Below are positions 8,458-15,647 of a DNA stretch of 32,000 nt, piece by piece. Source of the stretch: Caldimicrobium thiodismutans (GTDB taxonomy: Bacteria > Desulfobacterota > Thermodesulfobacteria > Thermodesulfobacteriales > Thermodesulfobacteriaceae); NCBI RefSeq assembly GCF_001548275.1, contig NZ_AP014945.1:1470001-1502000 (forward strand). The letters run 5' to 3'. The notes under the pieces were generated by a model. It ran no database searches and had not been told where the DNA came from. It worked only from the letters and a program-made list of their open reading frames with translations. Each line of letters begins with the position of its first letter. The stretch's first letter is position 1. The position numbers and the translations under genes were made by a program.

Positions 8458-9453
8458 TCAAATTAAAACAGGTTCTCCACCAATTTCCCTGATAAGGTGT
8501 TCAATCTCTTCAGGGGGGAGTTTGGTAACAGGCTCACCTTTCATGGCCTCACTAATTTTTTCTTCAATAACTGTGCCGTGGATGTGGTCTGCCCCAAAGA
8601 GGAGAGCAACCTGGGCAAGTCCAATACCCATAAAAACCCAGTAGGCCTTTATATGGGGAAAATTGTCAAGAATGAGGCGTGAAAGGGCAACAGTTTTAAG
8701 TATTTTTTGTGCAGAAGGTCCTTTTAAGTGAGAAAGTTTAGTGTGTTCTGGTAAAAAAGGGAGGGGAACAAAGGCAGAAAACCCTTTAGTTTCCTCTTGA
8801 ATCTCTCTAAGTTTAAGGAGATGGTCAATTATTTCTTCTTCAGTCTCAATATGGCCAAAAAGCAAGGTAGCATTACTTTGGAGACCAAGACGATGAGCAA
8901 TTTTTGTAATTTCTATCCAGCGCTCTGGGGAAATCTTAGCTGGATAAAGAGCTTTTCTCACTCTCTCAGAAAAAACCTCTGCCCCTCCTCCAGGAAGGGC
9001 ATTTAAACCAGCCTCTTTAAGTTCTAAAAGAACCTCTTCAACAGGTTTTTTACTAATTTTACTAAGAAAATCTATTTCTACACAGGTAAAGGCTCTAATT
9101 CTGATTCCGGGATTTGCTTTTTTAACCTCTTTTATGAGATTTACATAATAATCATAGGGAAAAGCTGGATTTAATCCCCCAACAATGTGAACCTCTCGAA
9201 GGGAGTATTCTTGTGAAAGTGTGGTAAGGATTTCCTCTATGCTAAGGGTATAGGCTCCTTTTTCTTTGAGCTTTTTGTGATAACCACAAAACTTACAATC
9301 AAGAACACATATATTCGTGTAATTAATGTGGCGATTTATAGTGTAATAATATTTATTGCCGTGAATTTTTTCTTTGGCTTCCTGGGCAAGATGTCCAAGC
9401 TCAAAGAGATCTCCTTTTGTGTAGAGTTCTAAGAATTCTTTGCGGGAGAACAT
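8458..9453 (-). CDS. MqnE/MqnC-type radical SAM enzyme (futalosine-route menaquinone biosynthesis family)
   Basis: CVLDCKFCGY CxxxCxxC motif near the N-terminus and overall CofH/Mqn-like layout (GGLNP..., GGGAE...). The exact family member cannot be assigned by eye. Confidence 0.7.
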   Translation of the reverse strand: MFSRKEFLELYTKGDLFELGHLAQEAKEKIHGNKYYYTINRHINYTNICVLDCKFCGYHKKLKEKGAYTLSIEEILTTLSQEYSLREVHIVGGLNPAFPYDYYVNLIKEVKKANPGIRIRAFTCVEIDFLSKISKKPVEEVLLELKEAGLNALPGGGAEVFSERVRKALYPAKISPERWIEITKIAHRLGLQSNATLLFGHIETEEEIIDHLLKLREIQEETKGFSAFVPLPFLPEHTKLSHLKGPSAQKILKTVALSRLILDNFPHIKAYWVFMGIGLAQVALLFGADHIHGTVIEEKISEAMKGEPVTKLPPEEIEHLIREIGGEPVLI

Positions 9454-9635
9454 TGTAAAAGACCTAACTATTTAAATAGGACAATTTTCTGGACTCCGGA
9501 AGATTTCGTATGTTCCCTTTCTCAAGCATGGATATTTATCCCTTCTTTCGTTAAGCTTTTTTCTTCCCCTGGGTAAATTTTTAATAAGAGATTACATTAT
9601 AAATGTAAACAAGTTTTTCGGAAAATCAACTTTGA

Positions 9636-9971
9636 CCTTGCATAGGTTCTGATCATTTTAAGAAAAAAGAAGGGTGAAAAGAAGTGAGGAGTGAGGAGTG
9701 AGGAGTGAGAGGGGAGAGGGGAGAGGGGAGAGGGGAGAGGGGAGAGGTGAAAGGTGAGAGTAGGGGAAGCCCTTTGCGTGTCTGCCCAATAATGTAAAAA
9801 ACACATAACAGGCAAACACATAGAGTTTCCAAAAAAGGGCAAATACATAGGTTTGCCCCTCCAAAATACAGGTTCATTTTCCTACAACCAAGTAGTATAA
9901 AAATTCTATAGAGTCTCAAAAGATATGGACGCATACACCCTCTTGACTTTTAATTCTTAACCAGAGATAAT
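9636..9971 (+). repeat. Copy B (longest form) of the dispersed intergenic element, with promoter module for the aldolase gene
   Basis: Left box ccttgcataggttctgatcattttaagaaaaaagaagggtgaaaag, heptamer array, hairpin gggcaaa/tttgccc. Right box 9911-9942, TTGACT (9943-9948), 17 nt, GATAAT (9966-9971), AGGAGG, ATG 9999. Confidence 0.8.
9683..9766 (+). repeat. 12-unit purine-strand heptamer array (AGTGAGG x3, AGTGAGA, GGGGAGA x5, GGTGAAA, GGTGAGA, GTAGGGG)
   Basis: Strict 7-nt register read directly from the sequence. GGGG runs at 9711, 9718, 9725, 9732 and 9739 give a G4-N3 x5 motif. Confidence 0.95.
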
Positions 9972-9998
9972 AGAAAAAGTAAGCCTCAGGAGGTAGGT

Positions 9999-11252
9999 AT
10001 GGAAAACCTTGATCAAATAGTTTATCAGGCTGTTTTTGAGGAAACTCCAGAAGAAAAAAGTCAAAAATTGAAGAATTTAATTCTTACTCTCAATGAAAAA
10101 GGCTATAGAGGATATTCAATTTATCCCCTTTATCAGAAATTTTCTGAAAAATTTCTTGGCTTTACTGTGCCTGCTTTTAATATCAGGGGAATGACCTATG
10201 ATGTAGCTAAGAGGGTCTTCAGAGTGGCCAAAAGGTTAAGGGTTGGGGCCTTTATCTTTGAGATTGCCAAATCAGAAATGGGCTATACTCGGCAAGATCC
10301 CCTTGAATATGCAACAGTAATACTTTCTGCTGCTTTAAAAGAGGAATATAGGGGCCCGGTTTTTATTCAAGGAGACCACTTTCAACTTAACCGCAAATCT
10401 TTTTTTACCAATCCCGAAAGGGAGAAGGGAAACCTGAAAAAGCTCATTCAAGAGGCCCTCTCAGCCCAATTTTATAATATTGATATTGATGCCTCAACCC
10501 TGGTAGAGCTTGAAAGGGAGACCCTTGATGAACAGCAAAGATTTAATTATGAGGTTACAGCTGAACTTGCAGAATATATAAGAACCTATGAACCAGAAGG
10601 AATAACTGTAAATCTGGGTGGCGAGATAGGGGAGATAGGTGGACATAATAGCACTCCGGAAGAACTGAGGGCCTTTATGGAGGGCTTTAAGAGGGTTTTT
10701 AAAGGAAAAGTGGGTATATCCAAAATTAGTGTGCAGACTGGAACTGCCCATGGTGGGGTGGTTCTTCCTGACGGAAGTGTGGCAGAGGTAGCTCTGGATT
10801 TTAATGTTTTAAAAACCCTTTCTCGTCTTGCAAGAGATGAATTTGGCTTGGCAGGAGCTGTTCAGCATGGGGCTTCAACTCTTCCTGAAGAGGCCTTTTA
10901 CAAATTTCCAGAGTGTGAATGCGTGGAGGTACATCTTGCTACCGGTTTTCAAAACTTCCTTTACGATCATCCTGCTCTTCCTCAAGACTTTAGAGAAAAA
11001 ATCTATAACTATTTAAAGACCAATCTGAAACAGGAATGGAAAGAAGGACAATCAGAGGCCCAGTTTCTTTATAAAACCCGTAAAAAGGGTTTTGGAATCT
11101 TTAAAAGGGAGTGGTGGGATCTCCCCTCAGAGACCAAAGAGGCTATCCTTTCAGATATGGAGGGGCTCTTTGAAAAAATTTTCAGGGCTCTACAAGTCAC
11201 AGGGACACAAGAGATTATCCAAGGGCTTTATAAAACTTGCCAGGCAAGCTGA
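9999..11252 (+). CDS. Class II (metal-dependent) ketose-bisphosphate aldolase family protein, probably fructose-1,6-bisphosphate aldolase
   Basis: VPAFNIRG, FIQGDHFQ, TGTAHGG and QHGASTLP resemble the PF01116-type active-site segments. Strong SD AGGAGG. Confidence 0.75.
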   Translation: MENLDQIVYQAVFEETPEEKSQKLKNLILTLNEKGYRGYSIYPLYQKFSEKFLGFTVPAFNIRGMTYDVAKRVFRVAKRLRVGAFIFEIAKSEMGYTRQDPLEYATVILSAALKEEYRGPVFIQGDHFQLNRKSFFTNPEREKGNLKKLIQEALSAQFYNIDIDASTLVELERETLDEQQRFNYEVTAELAEYIRTYEPEGITVNLGGEIGEIGGHNSTPEELRAFMEGFKRVFKGKVGISKISVQTGTAHGGVVLPDGSVAEVALDFNVLKTLSRLARDEFGLAGAVQHGASTLPEEAFYKFPECECVEVHLATGFQNFLYDHPALPQDFREKIYNYLKTNLKQEWKEGQSEAQFLYKTRKKGFGIFKREWWDLPSETKEAILSDMEGLFEKIFRALQVTGTQEIIQGLYKTCQAS

Positions 11253-12240
11253 GGATAAGATTTTTTAATTCAAGTTCAGTTAGAATCTGGAGAAGAAGAG
11301 GTGGCGAGTAGCCTGTTTGTGAGACAATTTCTTCAAAGTGAATAGGATAAGAAGACATTAAGGAGAGCACCTTTTCTTCTTCAGCACTTAAAGGGATTTT
11401 AACTTTTTCTTTAAATGTAGAACTTTCCAGTCCAAAGAACTCAAGGATCTCTTTGGGGCTTGTTACAGGGATAGCTCCCTCTTTGATTAAATAGTGAGTG
11501 CCCTGACTTTGTTCAGAAAAGATACTACCTGGGACTGCAAAGACCTCTTTACCTTGTTCTTGGGCCCATCTTGCGGTAATCAGGGTTCCGCTTTTTTCTC
11601 CAGCCTCTATTACAAGAACTCCCTTTGAGAGACCAGAGATCAATCTATTCCTTCGGGGAAAGTTTTCCCTTTTTGGTTTAGTGCCCAGTGGAAATTCTGA
11701 GAGAATTGCCCCTCCAGATGCACATATTCTCTCGTAAAGAGACCTGTTTTCCGCTGGATAGATTACATCTAAAGCAGACCCAAGAATAGCTATAGTTTTG
11801 CCACCCCTTTCCACACATACTCTATGGACGATAGTATCAACTCCTCTGGCAAGGCCAGAGACAAGGCAAATTCCTGCGCATGTAAGTTCCTCAGCAAATC
11901 TTTCTGTAACTTCTTTCCCATAGGGAGTAGGCTTTCTTGAACCAACTATAGCAAGCTTAGGGGCAGAAGGAATCTCTCCCTTGATATAGAGAAAAAGAGG
12001 AGGATAGGGAATTGCCTTAAGTTCCTGAGGAAAGGCCTGGTCTCCAAGGAAAAGGATCTGAATCCCTTCTTTCTCAGCCCTTTCTATCTCCCTTTGGGCA
12101 AGCTTTTTTAAATTTAAAAGGTCTTCTTTATTCTCTTTGAGCAGACTATCCGTAAAATTTAAATCCTCTGCCCATTTTACGCATCTAAAGGCCCCTTTTT
12201 CTTTAAGATAGAGTCCGAGAAAGAGGAGTTTCTCTTCCAT
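11215..12240 (-). CDS. dprA: DNA processing protein DprA (Smf)
   Basis: IVGSRKPTPYG, SGLARGVDTIVH, GTLITARWAQEQGKEVFAVPG. The ATG overlaps the stop of the upstream ORF (TAATG). Confidence 0.9.
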   Translation of the reverse strand: MEEKLLFLGLYLKEKGAFRCVKWAEDLNFTDSLLKENKEDLLNLKKLAQREIERAEKEGIQILFLGDQAFPQELKAIPYPPLFLYIKGEIPSAPKLAIVGSRKPTPYGKEVTERFAEELTCAGICLVSGLARGVDTIVHRVCVERGGKTIAILGSALDVIYPAENRSLYERICASGGAILSEFPLGTKPKRENFPRRNRLISGLSKGVLVIEAGEKSGTLITARWAQEQGKEVFAVPGSIFSEQSQGTHYLIKEGAIPVTSPKEILEFFGLESSTFKEKVKIPLSAEEEKVLSLMSSYPIHFEEIVSQTGYSPPLLLQILTELELKNLILSLPGKFYKALG

Positions 12241-12833
12241 TATTTTTTAAAAATAAGAGCTACCCGATTAGGACTAAGGGAAATTTCCGCATAAGGTGTG
12301 AAATAGGAGCTAAGATTTGAGATCTCTCCAAGGGAATTTTCATCCAGAGGAAGGTCTGTTTCAAAGGTTAACCCCCCTTCTATTTCTCCAATAAGGATCT
12401 TCACATAAGCTCCCTCGCAGAAGGCAGGATAGAGTTTCTCTCCGAGAAGACAAAGGATCCCCTTTAATTCATTTAAAGGGATAGAAAGGATCACCTTTTG
12501 TAGTTCCTGAAGTTCCTTTTTTACTTTATGTTTAAAAAAGAGATTGGCTTCCCAGAAGAGAAGCTCCTTTTCCATAATCTCCCGTAGATCCCAGGGTCCT
12601 CTGTCTTCATTATTAATATCTCCGAGGGCAACTTCAAGTTGATCCTGAAGCCTCTGCAAAAAAGCCAGGGCCTTTTCCACATGGGTTTGGGCTTGAGAGG
12701 ATAAAAATTGCTCTCTTTTCATAGAAAGTAACTGTAATTGTAAGGAGAGATTTTGAAGAGTTCCCTTTAAATTATGGAAATAACCTCTTACTAAGGAGCC
12801 CAAAGCAAGAGTTCTACAGAGTCTTTCATCCAT
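12240..12833 (-). CDS. Hypothetical protein with degenerate histidine-kinase-like core (H-box-like helix, no recognisable N/G boxes)
   Basis: LVRGYFHNLKGTLQNLSLQLQLL resembles a HisKA H-box helix. The C-terminal half has the alpha/beta pattern of an HATPase domain but lacks the Asn, DxGxG and GxGLG motifs. SD AGGAGG. Confidence 0.45.
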   Translation of the reverse strand: MDERLCRTLALGSLVRGYFHNLKGTLQNLSLQLQLLSMKREQFLSSQAQTHVEKALAFLQRLQDQLEVALGDINNEDRGPWDLREIMEKELLFWEANLFFKHKVKKELQELQKVILSIPLNELKGILCLLGEKLYPAFCEGAYVKILIGEIEGGLTFETDLPLDENSLGEISNLSSYFTPYAEISLSPNRVALIFKK

Positions 12834-12839
12834 GAAATA

Positions 12840-13448
12840 TTATCCTCCTTTCAGATGTTCTCTACCCTGAAAGGCCTTTTTAAGGGTTAAAGGATCAGCA
12901 AATTGAATCTCCATACCCATGGGAATTCCACAGGCAAGCTTGGTAATAGTCAAGGGAAAGGGTTTTAAGATCTCTGCGATATAGGCAGAGGTTGCCTCAC
13001 CTGAGAGAGTTGGAGAGAGAGCTAAGATAACTTCTTTTACCCCGCGCTCCTGAATAAGGTGCAGAAGGCTATCTAAACCAAGCTCCTTTGGTCCAAAGCC
13101 TTCCTTAGGGGAAAGGAGATAGTGTAAGACATAATAATATCCCTTATAAATTCCAATACTTTCAAGATGAAGAAGATTGACAGGATTTTCCACAATACAA
13201 AGTAGCTCCCTTTCTCGGGTTTTATCTTTGCAAATCCCACAGACCTCTTCCTCTGAAAGATTACGGCAGAATTTACAGAGCCTCACTCTAAAGGGAAGTT
13301 CTTTAATTAGATCCCCCAGAAATTCGCAAAGCCCTGGTTTGGAGAGTAAGAAAAGGGAAAGCCTGCTTGCGCTTTTTTCACCAATTCCAGGGAGACTACT
13401 AAGAGCAGAAATAAGTTTTTTTAGAGTGGGTGGATAGTGGTTTTGCAT
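12840..13448 (-). CDS. recR: Recombination protein RecR
   Basis: Helix-hairpin-helix N-terminus (LPGIGEKSA), zinc finger CKFCRNLSEEEVCGIC, Toprim segment. Confidence 0.95.
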   Translation of the reverse strand: MQNHYPPTLKKLISALSSLPGIGEKSASRLSLFLLSKPGLCEFLGDLIKELPFRVRLCKFCRNLSEEEVCGICKDKTRERELLCIVENPVNLLHLESIGIYKGYYYVLHYLLSPKEGFGPKELGLDSLLHLIQERGVKEVILALSPTLSGEATSAYIAEILKPFPLTITKLACGIPMGMEIQFADPLTLKKAFQGREHLKGG

Positions 13449-13449
13449 T

Positions 13450-13785
13450 TTAAAAGCCAGGTAGTTTAAAACCCGGAGGCAGGGCCAGGCCTCCTGTTAT
13501 TTTAGCCATTTCCTCTTCCATCATGACCTTTACCTTCTTTAAGGCCTCATTCACTCCTGCCACAATTAAATCTTGAAGCATCTCCCGCTCTTCAGGTTTT
13601 AAAAGCTCCTCTTCCACCTCAATCGCAAGGATTTCCTGCCGACCATTGGCAGTAACCTTTACCATTCCACCCCCTACCTGGACTGTAACTGTTTTCTCTT
13701 CAAGGGCTTTGGTAGTTTCCTCCATTTTCTTTTGCATCCGCTGGACTTCTTTAAAAAGTTTTTGAAGCTCCTTGGGTAATTGCAT
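13450..13785 (-). CDS. ybaB: YbaB/EbfC nucleoid-associated protein
   Basis: 111 aa with GGGMVKVTANGRQEILAIEV. Classic dnaX-ybaB-recR order. Confidence 0.9.
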   Translation of the reverse strand: MQLPKELQKLFKEVQRMQKKMEETTKALEEKTVTVQVGGGMVKVTANGRQEILAIEVEEELLKPEEREMLQDLIVAGVNEALKKVKVMMEEEMAKITGGLALPPGFKLPGF

Positions 13786-13789
13786 AGCT

Positions 13790-15280
13790 CTACTCCTTTA
13801 GGGGTTGTATGTTTATAATTTTAGCTGAAAAGCTCTGGGCAATAAGCTTAACCTCAGGTCTATCCTTAACCTCCTCTATGGTTGCCCTTTTAGGGGTTTC
13901 AAAGATTAGATTGAGCTTTTTTCCAAAATAACTTTCAACCTTTTCTTTGAGAAGAGGCATATAGGTTGACTTAAGAAAGTCTTTATTAGCCTTAAGAGAA
14001 AGGTTAATTTCCTTTGCCTTTATTTCGGGTTCAGGTAACCCTGAAAGGAGACTATAAGGAGGGGGAGACTCTATTTTTAAGGTCTCTAAGAAGGAAGCCC
14101 AGCTTTTCTCAGATTCTATAGGGCTTAAGTTTTGAGGTATAAGAAGTCCTTCAGCGTTTTTGGAAAGATCTTCAAGTTTTTTAAGAATTTCCTGTAGAGG
14201 GATGAGTTTACCATGTTCACAAATCTTCGCTAAGGTGAGCTCAAATTGTAGTTGAGGATAGGGAGTGCCCTTGAGAATTTCAAGGTCTCTGAGTAAGGTA
14301 TGGAGGATAAGTAAGAGGTCTTCCTGGGAAGTAATAACAAGAAGTTCCCTTAATCTGGGATTTTGAAGATTTAAAGAGCTTTCTTCAGGTAGGGCTTTGG
14401 CTAAGAAGAGGGCTCTGAAAAATTCAGTAAGCTTTTCAGTGAGATAAATAAGATCAAGTCCCCGTTCAAAAAGGTTTTGACTGAGAGTTAAGGCCTTCCG
14501 GAGATCTTTTTCTAAAAGAATCTGAGCTATTTCCTCAACTAAGGCCTCTTCATGCCAGCCAAGGGCTGTAATAAGTTCTTCCTTGGTTGCAACCCCGTAA
14601 GCCATAGCTTGATCAAGAAGAGAAAGGGCATCCCTCATACTTCCTTGAGCCTCTTTGGCAATAAGTTCTAAAGCAGAGGACTCTATGGCATAGGACTCCC
14701 GCTCAGATATACTCTTTAGAAACTGAACCATGGTCCTTAAATCAAGTCTTCTAAAGTCATATCTTTGACACCTTGAGAGAATAGTTGGAGGAAGTCTGTT
14801 TGGTTCTGTGGTTGCAAGTATAAAATAAACATGGGAAGGGGGTTCTTCTAAAGATTTAAGAAGGGCATTGGCTGCCTCTTTAGTTAACATGTGGGCTTCA
14901 TCTATGATGTAAACCTTAGCCCTTCCTCTGGCTGGAGCATACTTTAGAGTTTCAATAAGCTCCCTTACTTGATCAATACCACGATTTGAGGCCGCATCTA
15001 TCTCAAGGACATCTACAAAGATACCTTTGTTTATTTCCTGACAATTCAGACACTCATTACAGGGTTCAAACCCATCTTGAAGATTGAGACAATTTAAGGC
15101 TTTAGCTACAATTCTTGCAATGGTTGTTTTACCAGTTCCTTTAATTCCTGAAAAGAGAAGGGCATGAGTAAGTTTCCCAAGCCTTAGGGCATTCCTTAAG
15201 GTTTTTACTACATGGGATTGCCCCACAACCTCTGAAAATCTTCTGGGACGATATTTTCTTGCTAAAACCAGATAACTCAT
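13790..15280 (-). CDS. dnaX: DNA polymerase III subunit gamma/tau
   Basis: GIKGTGKTT (P-loop), zinc module CLNLQDGFEPCNECLNC, IIDEAHML, SRCQRYDF. No SD; TAAAAT lies 9 nt before the ATG. Confidence 0.95.
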   Translation of the reverse strand: MSYLVLARKYRPRRFSEVVGQSHVVKTLRNALRLGKLTHALLFSGIKGTGKTTIARIVAKALNCLNLQDGFEPCNECLNCQEINKGIFVDVLEIDAASNRGIDQVRELIETLKYAPARGRAKVYIIDEAHMLTKEAANALLKSLEEPPSHVYFILATTEPNRLPPTILSRCQRYDFRRLDLRTMVQFLKSISERESYAIESSALELIAKEAQGSMRDALSLLDQAMAYGVATKEELITALGWHEEALVEEIAQILLEKDLRKALTLSQNLFERGLDLIYLTEKLTEFFRALFLAKALPEESSLNLQNPRLRELLVITSQEDLLLILHTLLRDLEILKGTPYPQLQFELTLAKICEHGKLIPLQEILKKLEDLSKNAEGLLIPQNLSPIESEKSWASFLETLKIESPPPYSLLSGLPEPEIKAKEINLSLKANKDFLKSTYMPLLKEKVESYFGKKLNLIFETPKRATIEEVKDRPEVKLIAQSFSAKIINIQPLKE

Positions 15281-15289
15281 TAAGATTTT

Positions 15290-15349
15290 ATTTTAATGTG
15301 CCTTCAGGAAAAGACAAGGTGATTTATGCGTCCATATCTCTTGAGACTC
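15290..15349 (-). repeat. Copy C (promoter module only) of the dispersed element, facing dnaX
   Basis: Minus strand: gagtctcaagagatatggacgcataaatcacc (15349 to 15318), TTGTCT (15317-15312), 16 nt, TAAAAT (15295-15290), 9 nt, ATG 15280. Confidence 0.75.
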
Positions 15350-15476
15350 AAGAGGATTTTAAGGGGAAAGATTTAAAGCTTAAAAATATGGAGGCTTACA
15401 TTTATATAGACAGCAAGCCTCTATGTTGGTAAAATAAAAAAAGAGATTTACTATTTTTTCATTTAAAGGGTGATAA

Positions 15477-15638
15477 AGGGGATTAAGGTATGTAGAGTCT
15501 GTTTATGGTGATGCTCTCAGACTGCCCTGTATAAGATTTTTGATTGCAGATAATCCGGGTGCAGGAAAAACCATAATGGCAGGACTGATTTTGAAGGAAT
15601 TGAGGCTAAGACAATTGGCAAAAAGGATCTTACTGTAA
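15477..15638 (+). pseudogene. Stump of an SNF2/DEAD-like superfamily 2 helicase gene (motif I region only)
   Basis: A 53-codon open frame, bounded by TAA at 15474 and TAA at 15636, reads RGLRYVESVYGDALRLPCIRFLIADNPGAGKTIMAGLILKELRLRQLAKRILL*. ADxPGxGKT followed by a hydrophobic helix is the helicase Walker A region. Nothing upstream or downstream continues it. Confidence 0.6.
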
Positions 15639-15647
15639 GGTGGGGCA

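Noticed and set aside
9597-9934. Three overlapping minus-strand ORFs with SPLPSPLSPLPS-type sequence
   Set aside because: They are all produced by reading the heptamer array and the repeat element in three frames. They are mutually exclusive, have no SD and lie in a promoter region.
13916-13922. A AAA AAG slippery heptamer in the zero frame of dnaX (the E. coli gamma/tau frameshift signal)
   Set aside because: It lies about 40 codons from the C-terminus (YFGKKLNL), far beyond the domain III boundary where gamma ends, and I could see no downstream stem-loop. AAAAAAG is expected by chance in Lys-rich genes. It is worth a glance only if tau/gamma isoforms are observed.
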